From Candidatus Wolfebacteria bacterium GW2011_GWB1_47_1 (lineage in GTDB: Bacteria; Patescibacteriota; Minisyncoccia; UBA6257; UBA9933): a stretch of DNA of 64,000 bases. This document shows positions 1 to 10,516 of this stretch, piece after piece. The stretch covers positions 747,969 through 811,968 of the forward strand of contig CP011209.1 of NCBI GenBank assembly GCA_001029635.1, read 5' to 3'. The notes under the pieces were generated by a model. The model worked only from the letters and a program-made list of their open reading frames with translations. It did no database searches and was not told the origin of the DNA. A program made the position numbers and the translations under genes. Numbering within the stretch: position 1 is the first letter of the stretch; every line of letters starts with the position of its first letter.

Positions 1-574
1 CGAGTAAGGTAGATATTTTCTTTATAAGGCTTTCGACTACATTTGAAAATACGAGAATAGCCCAAAATGCTGCTACTGTTATAAAAACTATCGGTTTTTT
101 AGGATCAGCAAAATAGGAATATGTTGCTGAAATGTATACGACCGAAAACAGAAATCGGGCACTACCCGCATCTTTAACAAAAAGATAGAGTGCTTCATTT
201 ACTTTTCTTAGCCATTTTTTTTGAGTATCTTTTATTGTTATACATAAGATACTCACCAATAAAACTATTAGTGCGTAATAAAATATGGCTGTGTAGCCAA
301 GAAAAAGCTCTTTTTCTTTTAATCCGACCAACGCAATTATTACTGTCATTGCGTTAACAATCGCGTCTGACGGCTTCGTAAAATACGGTTCGACGATATA
401 TTTCCCCATTACAATCATTAGCGCAGCAGAAAAAAACCATATCGAGTAGTCTTTTATATTTATGCCAAAAACTGCATCAGCATTGCCTCCTATAAGATGA
501 TAGATCAGGGTTAATATACTTAAATATAGTATAGCGATAAATATTCTTTCTCTTTGTGTAAGATTAATCTTCAT
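1..574 (-). CDS. partial multi-pass membrane protein (C-terminus lies beyond window start)
   Basis: Manual translation of the minus strand from ATG at 574-572 runs without a stop to position 1. The product is hydrophobic. It is absent from the ORF track because it is truncated. Confidence 0.4.
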   Translation of the reverse strand, partial: MKINLTQRERIFIAILYLSILTLIYHLIGGNADAVFGINIKDYSIWFFSAALMIVMGKYIVEPYFTKPSDAIVNAMTVIIALVGLKEKELFLGYTAIFYYALIVLLVSILCITIKDTQKKWLRKVNEALYLFVKDAGSARFLFSVVYISATYSYFADPKKPIVFITVAAFWAILVFSNVVESLIKKISTLL

Positions 575-1205
575 AAACTTTTGAGGATTTATTAAGAATA
601 GCTTCGCGTCCTTCTCTCCTCATAATCGGTATCGCTATTAATAGATTTAAAGTAGCCACGATAACCGCTAAAATAATCAGCACTGCAAAGTTTATCCCCG
701 TAGTTAGCCACATAATCATAAGAGAAAGATAACTTATTATTGCCAAAAATATTCCCATTGCGGTTCCCGTACTATTAGCCGGCTCTTCCTTGGCCATATA
801 TGCAAGCGGTGCTAAGGCGACTGAATATCCCCAAAGCAACAATGGAATAGAACTACTACCACTTGCTTTATCTGTGAAATATACAAAAACTGCCATTACC
901 CAAACGATTATTATTGCATTTGAATATAGGAGATTAGCAAGAGCAAAGACAGAAGTCGCGATGCGATTATTTTTTTCTATGAAATATTTTATAGGCAGCA
1001 TAAATAACATCGTTGGAAGGGCGACGATCGAATATACAAAAGGCATCATTACTGAAATCAGTATTCCAAAAATAATATTTCCCCAATTCCCTATAATTGC
1101 CAACCAAATACCACTAATAATCCCGGAAAAATAGTTTAAAAATGTAATTACGACTAATAATACCCCCCAGACCGCCCCACCTGCTAATGCCAGCATTTTA
1201 TTCAT
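564..1205 (-). CDS. hypothetical polytopic membrane protein (213 aa)
   Basis: ORF track; several hydrophobic helices; part of an AT-rich co-directional gene string. Confidence 0.5.
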   Translation of the reverse strand: MNKMLALAGGAVWGVLLVVITFLNYFSGIISGIWLAIIGNWGNIIFGILISVMMPFVYSIVALPTMLFMLPIKYFIEKNNRIATSVFALANLLYSNAIIIVWVMAVFVYFTDKASGSSSIPLLLWGYSVALAPLAYMAKEEPANSTGTAMGIFLAIISYLSLMIMWLTTGINFAVLIILAVIVATLNLLIAIPIMRREGREAILNKSSKVYED

Positions 1206-1215
1206 ATGATCAAAA

Positions 1216-1530
1216 TTATTTATTTTTTAACTTTTTAGATCCTATGATATTTACCACAAAAACAATACCCGCGATAAGATCTAAATTTTGCCAAGTACCC
1301 CTTTCGAAAAAGAACGGAAATAATGGGTTAAATACCACCGCCATTATCCCGAATATCCACATCCACACATCCTGCTTCTTCTCCTTATAGATATATGCAT
1401 TATAGAGTGCCACACCGCAAACTACCCACCTTAAAATCTGGTAATAACTGTATGGGTGCGATCCAATTGCAAAAAATAGCATTAACGCGGCTATGATATT
1501 AATCCATTTATTTTTAAGTAAGTTTTGCAT
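1216..1530 (-). CDS. small membrane protein (104 aa)
   Basis: ORF track; 3 predicted TM helices; tightly packed with neighbours. Confidence 0.45.
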   Translation of the reverse strand: MQNLLKNKWINIIAALMLFFAIGSHPYSYYQILRWVVCGVALYNAYIYKEKKQDVWMWIFGIMAVVFNPLFPFFFERGTWQNLDLIAGIVFVVNIIGSKKLKNK

Positions 1531-1555
1531 ATTAAAAGCAACTTTTTCTTATTTT

Positions 1556-2260
1556 TTACTTATGATTACGTATGATTTCATCTACCTCATTAAATTCTTT
1601 CCATACTCCTTGGCATGAAGCAGAAAGATCGAATTCCGTTACTTTTGCGCTTGCTTTTTCTCGCAAGACCGCTTCCGAGCAATCAACTCTTTCGTAATCA
1701 TGATCATACAGACACGACGCTGGAGAATTAACATATGAGAGTGAGACACAAAAATTATAGTCGTGCTTTATTTTATTCTTTAATAGATTACAACTTCTCA
1801 TCTCTTCATTATACTTCTGTTCTATCACTGGGGATGCACATTCCCTTACTTTCTCCTTCAAGCTATCTATTTTCTGTAACGCCTGGATATAGGCGTTTTC
1901 CGTACTTATTCTTGCGTTATTATCTTTTATTGGCTCAATAATAACACCATAAACCAATGAGATGGCCATAAGAAATCCTATAGGCATCCCCAATAATGCA
2001 TAATGCTTTTTATTAAAACCAGCCATTAAAAATCTTTCACCTTTCAAAATATATAGGGTTGTCTTTGTCCCTAAAATTAAAAGTATATAGAAGAGGAGCA
2101 GGTATAGTGCAGCGTAAAAGAATACCTCACTCTGCGACCCGCCAAACCCATCTTCGCTTCCCATGCCAATAGCTATAGGTATGGCAATCAAAAATCCAAT
2201 AATAAGCACCACCTTTCCCAACCGATACAGCCAATCCAATTTTATTTCTCTCATATTCAT
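1556..2260 (-). CDS. membrane-anchored protein with Cys-rich C-terminal domain (234 aa)
   Basis: ORF track; two N-terminal TM helices, then a soluble domain with 6 Cys. Confidence 0.5.
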   Translation of the reverse strand: MNMREIKLDWLYRLGKVVLIIGFLIAIPIAIGMGSEDGFGGSQSEVFFYAALYLLLFYILLILGTKTTLYILKGERFLMAGFNKKHYALLGMPIGFLMAISLVYGVIIEPIKDNNARISTENAYIQALQKIDSLKEKVRECASPVIEQKYNEEMRSCNLLKNKIKHDYNFCVSLSYVNSPASCLYDHDYERVDCSEAVLREKASAKVTEFDLSASCQGVWKEFNEVDEIIRNHK

Positions 2261-2269
2261 AATTCTAAA

Positions 2270-2509
2270 TTACCACTTATAGGGATTTACATACCCTTTT
2301 TTCCCGGTATACGGATTATAATTTCCTTTTGTACTATAGTTATTGAATTTATACTTATCAGGACTGGTTTTGTAATAGGGCGCGACATAAGAGCTGCTCC
2401 GTGAGTTATAATAACCCTTGACTCGGACGGTCTTTGCTTCTGCTGAATTTATAAATATCAAAGAAAGTATGGTGATTAATGCGAAAATTGTAACGGAAAG
2501 TTTTTTCAT
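2270..2509 (-). CDS. small secreted Tyr/Asn/Lys-rich protein (79 aa)
   Basis: Signal-peptide-like N-terminus (MKKLSVTIFALITILSLIFINSAEA); repetitive YxxK/NPY composition. Confidence 0.45.
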   Translation of the reverse strand: MKKLSVTIFALITILSLIFINSAEAKTVRVKGYYNSRSSSYVAPYYKTSPDKYKFNNYSTKGNYNPYTGKKGYVNPYKW

Positions 2510-2519
2510 TAATTTATTT

Positions 2520-2807
2520 TTATTTACCTTGACGCAAGATATTTACATAATTCCTTAAACGATCGTACCTGTCTGCATAACCACCCCCGCATCCGCTGTT
2601 TTTAAATCCCCAATGATCCTCTTGCCAAATCACCCCCGTGTTAATGGCTCGGTTTCTATCATCTAAATAGACAACCTCAAAATCCCCTTCAATTTTTTTG
2701 AGCTCGGGAGCTGTGATAGCTCTACATACTACTGCTTGTTTTTTAATGATAGCATTTCCAACACTTATCCACTCCCCTGGCTGCAAATTTTTTAAATTTT
2801 CTGGCAT
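2520..2807 (-). CDS. hypothetical protein (~96 aa, start at MPENLKNL)
   Basis: ORF 2520..2870 trimmed to an internal ATG so that it does not overlap the downstream gene. Confidence 0.4.
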   Translation of the reverse strand: MPENLKNLQPGEWISVGNAIIKKQAVVCRAITAPELKKIEGDFEVVYLDDRNRAINTGVIWQEDHWGFKNSGCGGGYADRYDRLRNYVNILRQGK

Positions 2808-2829
2808 GGTTAATTTTATAAAAAGTGTC

Positions 2830-3291
2830 TTATTTAATATCCGGCAATAGCGTGTAAATATAATTTCCAATCAAGTTATTCCTCCCAAATTCTTTCTCCA
2901 ACCTACTAATCAGGTTTTCTCTAAACCAGTGGGGATTTTTATAATACGCTGTTTTTTCTTGCGCAATACGATCTTTAATCTTCTGCTCGGTATTTATGGT
3001 ATTTGTCGTATTTACTACTGGACTTGCCTTATACTCAGGCGCGGGCGTGGTATATCCAGTCCCATTTGCTCCATAAGTGCTCTTAATCGGCTCGATAGGC
3101 TGCGGAGCCGCCTTTGCATTATGACAATGATATTCTCCCGTACTTAAACCCCATGACGAGCAATTTGTTCGACAAGTATGACACCCGGAACTATCGGTCC
3201 TACCCGGATGCGCAAAAGAAACTACGGGGACCAATATCCCTATTAAACCCACCATAATTGCCGTTCGCTTCATTGCCATAAGTATGTTCAT
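2830..3291 (-). CDS. secreted Cys/His-rich protein
   Basis: Signal peptide MKRTAIMVGLIGILVPVVSFA followed by HPGRTDSSGCHTCRTNCSS...YHCH; probably metal-binding. Confidence 0.45.
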   Translation of the reverse strand: MNILMAMKRTAIMVGLIGILVPVVSFAHPGRTDSSGCHTCRTNCSSWGLSTGEYHCHNAKAAPQPIEPIKSTYGANGTGYTTPAPEYKASPVVNTTNTINTEQKIKDRIAQEKTAYYKNPHWFRENLISRLEKEFGRNNLIGNYIYTLLPDIK

Positions 3292-3413
3292 TAAATACCC
3301 TTTTGTAAACAATACCGGCCCACAAGCAGCAACCCGCTTGAAAACTCGGGCGAATAATTAACGACTTTAGATCTCTATCCCCAATGACCATATTACAACA
3401 CACCATTGATTTA

Positions 3414-3429
3414 TTGAAAAATTTTTCAA
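3414..3429. promoter_or_regulatory. perfect 16-bp palindrome ttgaaaaatttttcaa upstream of the secreted-protein operon
   Basis: Read directly from the sequence; candidate operator. Confidence 0.3.
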
Positions 3430-3517
3430 TCCCTGAAATAAAATATATTAGAACACACTTCTGATTAACTGAAAAATAAATCAGATTTTGAATATTTATT
3501 TATTACCAAACTTTGAC

Positions 3518-3775
3518 CTATCTAACCTCCAATAGGCCGCATCTCCTCATCTTATAGACATATTCCGGTATGCTTAACAATCTCTCATCTACAAACTTTT
3601 CCGTACAATTTTTATGGATTAGCGAGTCCTTATTCTTGTATTCTTCTCGAATACTCCTTACATACTCCCGCTCCCTATAAGATAGGGTTACATAAATAAT
3701 AGCCCCCACAAGGATCAAGAGCCCTATTAGTGAAATTCTATTGAAAACCTTTTCCTGTTGGTCTGGTTTTTCCAT
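3518..3775 (-). CDS. small membrane-anchored protein (85 aa)
   Basis: ORF track; one TM helix. Confidence 0.4.
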   Translation of the reverse strand: MEKPDQQEKVFNRISLIGLLILVGAIIYVTLSYREREYVRSIREEYKNKDSLIHKNCTEKFVDERLLSIPEYVYKMRRCGLLEVR

Positions 3776-3776
3776 T

Positions 3777-4202
3777 TTAGCGGAAAATTATATAGAGCCC
3801 AAAAATGAACGCATACCCCATTAACTCGTTAGCCTCCTCTTCATTCGGCCGGATCGTTTTATATATTCGGTTCACTTGATTGACCATATATAGCGCCACA
3901 ACTACTGGCAGTATCCTACCGGGTGCGTCAAACTTTACAATGATCAGTGTTAATAGAACTATATCACTAATGGCTCCACACGCCCCACTGGCGTAATCCC
4001 TGTAGCTCGCCTTCCCTTTACTTAACACGCCTCTGACTATGGAGTATAGCGCCATCTGCCCTACCATCCCTAATACAGACGACCAAAATAGCACAAAAAT
4101 TGCCCACCAAAATGGCAGTAGGAAAAATGGGGCGATGTATGCAATTAACCAAATGATCCGAAGTGAGTAGGTACGGATCACTAATTTATTAAATGCGTTC
4201 AT
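3777..4202 (-). CDS. membrane protein (141 aa)
   Basis: ORF track; 4 hydrophobic segments; stop abuts the next gene start. Confidence 0.45.
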   Translation of the reverse strand: MNAFNKLVIRTYSLRIIWLIAYIAPFFLLPFWWAIFVLFWSSVLGMVGQMALYSIVRGVLSKGKASYRDYASGACGAISDIVLLTLIIVKFDAPGRILPVVVALYMVNQVNRIYKTIRPNEEEANELMGYAFIFGLYIIFR

Positions 4203-4283
4203 TTTGGTTTTTAGGTTTTTAAACCTAAAATCTGGATTAATATATTAGGACACAAATCTAAAAAACTAAAAAATATATTCGTT

Positions 4284-4727
4284 TTATTTATTTTTTGTTA
4301 ACCTTATTTTTTCAACCTTATACGCTCTAAATGCCGTTCTTAGGAACAGGAACCATACAACCATTGCAACACCGGCGATCAATAAATTATCAGTAGATAT
4401 TGCCCCGCTCACCTTTGCCACCTTATCTAAATAAACAAATACATCCTTCACCGCCCATATAATCAAAACTATGGCCATTGTTAACGCCACTTTATTTCCC
4501 TTGTAGACAAAATACGCGGTAGATATATTTATAATCCCTGCGCTAAAAATATTAACCAGGGCCCTTTCAGATCCATCAATAAACAGGTATACGAATAAAT
4601 AAATTACGAATGGGGCAAGTAAAAATAACGCGGTTATTCCCCTATATGTTTTATATATAGGCAACGAACCGTACTTCTCTACCTGATCCCGCAAATAGTC
4701 CTTTGCAGGAATGGTTATGTCTTTCAT
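4284..4727 (-). CDS. membrane protein (start at MKDITIP)
   Basis: ORF 4284..4796 begins with TTG. The internal ATG at 4727 is the more plausible start. The product is hydrophobic. Confidence 0.45.
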   Translation of the reverse strand: MKDITIPAKDYLRDQVEKYGSLPIYKTYRGITALFLLAPFVIYLFVYLFIDGSERALVNIFSAGIINISTAYFVYKGNKVALTMAIVLIIWAVKDVFVYLDKVAKVSGAISTDNLLIAGVAMVVWFLFLRTAFRAYKVEKIRLTKNK

Positions 4728-4916
4728 ACTGTGGTGGGTTTTGCTGACCGGGAATGCATAAAGCTCCCCGCCAGCGATAGCCTTACGGCTACCCAAATCC
4801 CTTTCGAGATAAGACCCACCACAGGTGCTCTGACGAGGAGCTTAATGAACCTGTGGTGGGGGTTTTTGCCATATCTCGGGGATTTCCCAAGGGTTAGGCT
4901 ATGAAGTTATGCGTCT

Positions 4917-5693
4917 ATGGTATCACAGAAAACTGTATTTGTTAACAAAATGATATATAATTTTCGTATGTTAGCGTCGCCCGGAAATAACTCGTATTTA
5001 GACGAAGAGGAGGTTCTTTCGCTTTTGTCCACGAACCAATCATCCTCAAAACTTACCCCCTACATCGATCGTTTTATTAATAATACCCTCGCCTCTGATA
5101 CAGAAAATTATTACCTATTCGAGAGACAGAAAGAGAAAACATTATCAATTTTAAGGAAGGAGTCAAAAAAGTTTGGCGGCTCTTTTATTCTAAAATACCC
5201 ACGCGCCGATTTTGATAAGTCATATCTACCAATTCACTCCCTAATTGCTTTAAACTATCTCAAAGTAATCGACCTGCAAGAGATCTCAATTGATAAAGAT
5301 ATTTTTTCAGATCCCCTACACCTTTTCGATCAAACAATAGAAGCAAAAATAGTATTATCTGATGAAGTTATTTCTAATAAGCAGCCACTTAAACCAAAAT
5401 TCAGCTTCGCAGATGGGGTTTTACATTTTAAAAACAAAGATATTCTAATATCTAAAAGCTATACCAATCCTCGCAAACTCTTAGACATCATCCTAAATGA
5501 ACCTAATAAAACATGGGACTATAGTGAAATTTGGGAGGAGTGGGACGAATTAGAAAATTATAATCCTCTTAAACGGAATAGATTTTATAACGCCGCTTAT
5601 GATGTTAACCAAAAGGTGGGTATCGCGACCGATGTAAATGACTTTCTTGAATACACAACAAACGAAGTGAAGATTAACAAAAAATACCTTTGA
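4917..5693 (+). CDS. hypothetical protein (258 aa)
   Basis: ORF track; no recognisable motif. Confidence 0.45.
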   Translation: MVSQKTVFVNKMIYNFRMLASPGNNSYLDEEEVLSLLSTNQSSSKLTPYIDRFINNTLASDTENYYLFERQKEKTLSILRKESKKFGGSFILKYPRADFDKSYLPIHSLIALNYLKVIDLQEISIDKDIFSDPLHLFDQTIEAKIVLSDEVISNKQPLKPKFSFADGVLHFKNKDILISKSYTNPRKLLDIILNEPNKTWDYSEIWEEWDELENYNPLKRNRFYNAAYDVNQKVGIATDVNDFLEYTTNEVKINKKYL

Positions 5694-6180
5694 GTTAGTT
5701 TGCAAACTTTTGCAAACCACCTATTTGATACCGTTACTAAAAATAACGGTATTTTATGTTAACACCCGGACTCATTAACGAGTTTCAAAACATAATACAG
5801 AAAGAGTACGGCATCGCATTAAGCGATAGGGATGCCTCAGAAATCGCCAATAATTTGACCGGCTATTTTGACCTACTCGCTAAAATTCATCATCGAGATC
5901 AGACGAGCGCCGAGGCTCCTGATTTGATCCTCCCGAAGGGATCAAATCAGGGTCTTTGACCCCTTTTAAAATTATATCTAAGACTTGGCTGGTTTCGGGA
6001 ACTCCAAGGATAAAAAACACGGTTCCGGTAAAAACAAGTGTATTAGGGTTCTGATGCGAAAGCAGGGAAAACAAGTTGGCAACTCTTGCCCTGCCGTTGG
6101 ATCAGCGCCTTAATATAGCATTCGATTAGATATATACATACACCTAATCCAAACTTTTACTATCATCCAGGAGGTAAAAG

Positions 6181-6342
6181 TTGTTACCAACTATGAAAAA
6201 AATGAGTGGCGATAAGAAAGCACATATAGAAAAAGTTTTAATCCCCCAGAAAAGGATCAAACATAAGATGCTGATCAAGGGATTTAAGAAAAAAAGAGTT
6301 GACACAAAAGAAGCCATAAAACAGTTGCTTTCCATACAATAA
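6181..6342 (+). CDS. small Lys-rich basic protein (~53 aa), possible recombination directionality factor
   Basis: AGGAGG lies 6 nt before TTG 6181, with an in-frame ATG at 6193. Translation is MKKMSGDKKAHIEKVLIPQKRIKHKMLIKGFKKKRVDTKEAIKQLLSIQ. It sits immediately upstream of a serine recombinase. Confidence 0.25.
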   Translation: MLPTMKKMSGDKKAHIEKVLIPQKRIKHKMLIKGFKKKRVDTKEAIKQLLSIQ

Positions 6343-6394
6343 ATCATCCCCAATGTGCAGAAAAAATAAAAAAGGTTTACACTATCGTTAAAAT

Positions 6395-8044
6395 ATGAAA
6401 TCAATCATATACGCTCGCGTATCGTCAAAAGAACAGGAAGAAACTGGATACTCTCTCCCCTCGCAAGAGAAGCTTTTGCGGGATTACGCCGATCGAAAGG
6501 AGCTTGCCATCGCAAAGACTTTTTCTATTGCGGAGTCCGCAAGCGGGGTAAAACAGCGAAAAGTATTTGGCGAGATGATCAAGCTTGCAGAGAACAATAA
6601 GATAAACAATATACTATGTGAGAAGGTTGACCGACTCACTCGCAACCTAAAGGAGGCGGTTATGGTAAATGAATGGCTTGAGGAAGATGAGTTGCGGAAG
6701 ATCCATTTCGTGAAACAAAATCTAATCATCCATAAAAATGCTAAATCTGATGAGAAATTTCGATGGGATATCGAAATCATTCTTGCCAAAAAATATATTT
6801 CCAACCTTTCCGAGGAGGTAAAGAAGGGACAAAAGGAAAAGATAGCCCAAGGATGGCTCCCTACTGCCCCTGTAATGGGCTATAAGACGGTTGGCGATAA
6901 AGGACACAGGATCCATGTAATCGACCCTACTGCGGCGCCCGTAGCGCAGAAAATGTTCGAATTATATGCCACCGGCAATTTTTCCATATCAGTCATTACT
7001 TCGTTCGTTAAGGAGTCTGGAGTGAAAACGCGCGCCGGTCGACCAATAGTAAAAACCCGCATTCACCAACTCCTCTCCGATCCATTCTACTACGGGAAAA
7101 TTCAGTGGAACGATAAGCTATATCCGGGCAAGCATGACCCTCTTATCACTAAGGAATTATTTGATGAGGTTCAGCGAATGCTTAAGCGAGGGACCAAAGC
7201 CCCTGCCTATCAAAAGCACTTCCCTATCTTCAAGGGAAAGATCTTTTGCGGCGAATGTGGTGGCACCATCACTTGGGAGGTGCAAAAGGGTCATTGGTAC
7301 GGCCACTGCAACCACTATAAGCCGTGTGCTCAAAAGAAATACACAAAACAGGGATCTGTCGAGGACCAGCTCTTTGCTTATTTTTCCGAAGTAGCGCCTA
7401 AGAATGAGCAAGTACTTCAATGGCTTGAAAAGGCCCTTAAAGCAGACCACAGAAGCGAAATAGACTATCGCACATCTGCCAAAGATAATCTACTCCGTGA
7501 TCTTGAGCGCATTGAGAAGCGTTTCGAGGGCTTATATGATGACAAGCTCGACGGCAAGATACTCCCCGCTTTCTACGAACGCAAGGCAGCGGAATTTACA
7601 GAGCAAAAAGAAACGCTTGTACAACAACTCGCAAACTTGAATAAAAGCCAAGATGAATATTATGAAGCCGGGTATGCCATTCACGAGCTGGCGCTAAAAT
7701 CCCGGTCGATCTATTCAAGCCCACATGCAACTACCGAGGAGAAGAGATTGCTTTTGAGTTATATATTTTCGAACATCACGATAAAGGATGGTGAAATCAA
7801 GCCAGAATACACTTCGGCCTTCGAATTTATGTCCAAGTGGATGCCGATCGTAAATAACACTTTCGAACTCGAAAATGTCGGCATCAATACTAACGAAAAA
7901 GGCACTTTCGTGCCTTCTCGTACTATTTTGCTCCGCACTATGGACGAGTTTAGAACTCTTAACTGGTCCTCTATTGAAAACGAACTTAGGTTTAGCGGTA
8001 TCTTAAGCTTTTTCCCAAGTGCCATTATTCAGAACCAATTTTGA
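6395..8044 (+). CDS. large serine recombinase (resolvase/invertase N-domain, recombinase domain and zinc ribbon)
   Basis: N-terminus YARVSSKEQ with catalytic Ser; VDRLTRN; CGECGG...CNHYKPC zinc ribbon; 549 aa. Confidence 0.85.
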   Translation: MKSIIYARVSSKEQEETGYSLPSQEKLLRDYADRKELAIAKTFSIAESASGVKQRKVFGEMIKLAENNKINNILCEKVDRLTRNLKEAVMVNEWLEEDELRKIHFVKQNLIIHKNAKSDEKFRWDIEIILAKKYISNLSEEVKKGQKEKIAQGWLPTAPVMGYKTVGDKGHRIHVIDPTAAPVAQKMFELYATGNFSISVITSFVKESGVKTRAGRPIVKTRIHQLLSDPFYYGKIQWNDKLYPGKHDPLITKELFDEVQRMLKRGTKAPAYQKHFPIFKGKIFCGECGGTITWEVQKGHWYGHCNHYKPCAQKKYTKQGSVEDQLFAYFSEVAPKNEQVLQWLEKALKADHRSEIDYRTSAKDNLLRDLERIEKRFEGLYDDKLDGKILPAFYERKAAEFTEQKETLVQQLANLNKSQDEYYEAGYAIHELALKSRSIYSSPHATTEEKRLLLSYIFSNITIKDGEIKPEYTSAFEFMSKWMPIVNNTFELENVGINTNEKGTFVPSRTILLRTMDEFRTLNWSSIENELRFSGILSFFPSAIIQNQF

Positions 8045-8045
8045 A

Positions 8046-8849
8046 TTAAACACAATTCTTCATCAACTCATTTATATACTTAGTAAAGCATTTATAGAAG
8101 TTATCGGCAGAAATATAGTACTTCTCGAAATATAGCTTCGTACCTGATGCTGGGATATTATCAACAAAGTTCAGATTTCTATAATTTGTCCTTAAGCGCA
8201 TTAGATGAAAAAAGTCGAAGATGGATACTTTTATGTTTCTCTTGAAATTATCTATTCTAATCTTGTCTTTGGTCCGCCTACCTGATAAACCATTTACTAT
8301 TTTATAGTTATCGATTTTATCATTTGCAACCTTTTTCATTAAAAGCCTGTAAATGGTATCGTCAGCAACGCCCGTCTTCAGATGCTCCCCTGCTTGTGTG
8401 GTAAAACTTAAAATCTCTTCACCAAAAACCAAGTTTAAGAGCGGTTTATTGAACTGTATTTCAGAGCTTTCAAGCATCTTAGTAAATGCGTTTACGCACT
8501 CGTGATGTCCCGCAGTTAAAGACGACATTTTACCGCTAATAATGCAATCGGAGATGCAGAGCAAATGATAAATCAAATAATAAGTTTTAACAGGTAGCCA
8601 AAGGACCGATGCCGATGAATAGTCTTCATCAAAACATACAATTTCGTATTCTTGGTCAATCGACTTTTTTGTCAATCTAACCAACTGTATTTTATCTTTC
8701 AACTTTCCGCCCTCAGACTTAGGTAGCTTCGAATTAGGCGAGGAAATTATTTCAAGATTATTGGAAAGCTTCGCGATAAGAGCTGCATATTTTAAGTGAG
8801 TCTCAAAATCCAATCGGTCGCTTGTCGGACGAGGGGCGTAAATTGCCAT
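8046..8849 (-). CDS. hypothetical protein (267 aa)
   Basis: ORF track; no recognisable motif; lies between the recombinase and the R-M system. Confidence 0.5.
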   Translation of the reverse strand: MAIYAPRPTSDRLDFETHLKYAALIAKLSNNLEIISSPNSKLPKSEGGKLKDKIQLVRLTKKSIDQEYEIVCFDEDYSSASVLWLPVKTYYLIYHLLCISDCIISGKMSSLTAGHHECVNAFTKMLESSEIQFNKPLLNLVFGEEILSFTTQAGEHLKTGVADDTIYRLLMKKVANDKIDNYKIVNGLSGRRTKDKIRIDNFKRNIKVSIFDFFHLMRLRTNYRNLNFVDNIPASGTKLYFEKYYISADNFYKCFTKYINELMKNCV

Positions 8850-8889
8850 ATGTTTGAATTATATTCCGCTGTAAAGTAAAGTAAAGAGT

Positions 8890-10449
8890 ATGGACATCTA
8901 CCGAGTTGATGTAAATCATACTCAAAAGGGATATTTAGATGAGAAAGAGCTACTTATTTTATACTGGCTCCTTAGGAAAAAAAGCATCTCCACTCTCTGG
9001 AGCAATGTATTTAAGCCGAATACCGATTTTACGCTTCACGCCCCAAGTAATCCAAGTGAAATAGCAACGCTTGAAGATGATATAAATACCTCGATTGAAC
9101 GGCATACTCAAAATATACGCACTAAAGTACAATCGTCTTCAATTATTTCCTATCTACTTGAATTAGGTAAAACCTTTGATGCAAGGGGGTTTTCCATATC
9201 TTGCAATGCAGACTATAGCCTTGTCGAGGGCGGGTTTCTTTGCAATTACGTCGCAGACGCAATGTATGAATATCTTCAAGATACCGATAAAGGACGCGCT
9301 AATAAGAAAAAGTATGGCGATTTAAATAAAGAGCAGAAAAACTTTCTTCAAGATGTGGTCAAGAATGGTAATTTAGACACAATAAAACTTTCAAGACTTG
9401 CCAAAACTCCCATAAAAGAATATGAGGAAGCCATCTTAGATAGACACGCGGATGAAGATTTTATCGAATTAGTAAATAAGTTAATCACGGAATATGACGG
9501 CGGTAAATGGAATACGGAAGATGTCGAGAAGTTTTTAGCGATTTATTATCGGCACAACAAGGAGAACTTTAAAAAGCACGCCCTATCATCTGGGCTTCTT
9601 ACTAAAAATGATAGCCAGACTGCATTATCAAAGCTAATTTTCGAGCATATTGATGTTCGTTTAAGTATAAAAGATACTCAAAAACTTAAGGATTATTTAG
9701 ATAAATATATTGCTTTCTTTATTGACGATGAACTGAATGGCCCCAGCAAGAGCGGCTTAACTGCAACCTTTTTCTCTAATGGACTAACACTACCCCTATA
9801 TACTCAATTTTTTGGGTTTAAAAAACAAAAGAATATCTTAGTTAAGTATATTGAAGGAAAGTATGAAGAATACCAAAGAAACGACTTGGAAATCGGACAC
9901 CCGTATTTTGAACCTGAGTATATAGGGGATAATAAAAATGATACGGTAAAGATTACCATAGCAGAAAAGGACAAACTGAAATCCCTCTTTCTATTTGTTC
10001 ATACAATGTTAGCTCTTGAGTATACAAGGTGTCTGAATGTTGAAGAGTTTTCCTACGGTACTACTGGCTTATTCGACCTATATGACAGAGGTTTTCTTTT
10101 TAAGGTTAATATAGATAAGGGAACTTTTTCCGAAGAAACAAAGCAAAGAACGGGTATTGCTTTTGACCTTGATAAATCTCGCTTCTATGTTCAGGGAAAA
10201 GAAATAAAGCTGCTCAAGTTCAAGGACGAATATCATACCCTCAGAGTTATATTTGAAGACCCTAATGAACTATCCAAAGAGTGGTTTTTCTCTGAGATTG
10301 GAGAGAAAATTGATGAGAATAACTTAGACGATAAGAAATACTATAACGCAATATATCAACTGCGATTAAAGCTTGAAAAGCAGGGCATAAATGACTTTTT
10401 TATTACAACAAAACAATCAGTAAAAATAAGCCCCAAATACCTGTCTTAG
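8890..10449 (+). CDS. hypothetical protein (519 aa)
   Basis: ORF track; no Walker or nuclease motif seen; divergent from 8046..8849. Confidence 0.5.
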   Translation: MDIYRVDVNHTQKGYLDEKELLILYWLLRKKSISTLWSNVFKPNTDFTLHAPSNPSEIATLEDDINTSIERHTQNIRTKVQSSSIISYLLELGKTFDARGFSISCNADYSLVEGGFLCNYVADAMYEYLQDTDKGRANKKKYGDLNKEQKNFLQDVVKNGNLDTIKLSRLAKTPIKEYEEAILDRHADEDFIELVNKLITEYDGGKWNTEDVEKFLAIYYRHNKENFKKHALSSGLLTKNDSQTALSKLIFEHIDVRLSIKDTQKLKDYLDKYIAFFIDDELNGPSKSGLTATFFSNGLTLPLYTQFFGFKKQKNILVKYIEGKYEEYQRNDLEIGHPYFEPEYIGDNKNDTVKITIAEKDKLKSLFLFVHTMLALEYTRCLNVEEFSYGTTGLFDLYDRGFLFKVNIDKGTFSEETKQRTGIAFDLDKSRFYVQGKEIKLLKFKDEYHTLRVIFEDPNELSKEWFFSEIGEKIDENNLDDKKYYNAIYQLRLKLEKQGINDFFITTKQSVKISPKYLS

Positions 10450-10516
10450 ATTTGTCTTAAGTTAACTCAAGACAACATATCGATAACCTGTAGGCATAAC
10501 CTACGGGTTATTTCTT

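Noticed and set aside
6144-6404. 86-aa minus-strand ORF upstream of recombinase 1
   Set aside because: It is a low-complexity Phe/Leu/Ile product of AT-rich antisense sequence. It also overlaps a better-supported small plus-strand ORF and the recombinase start.
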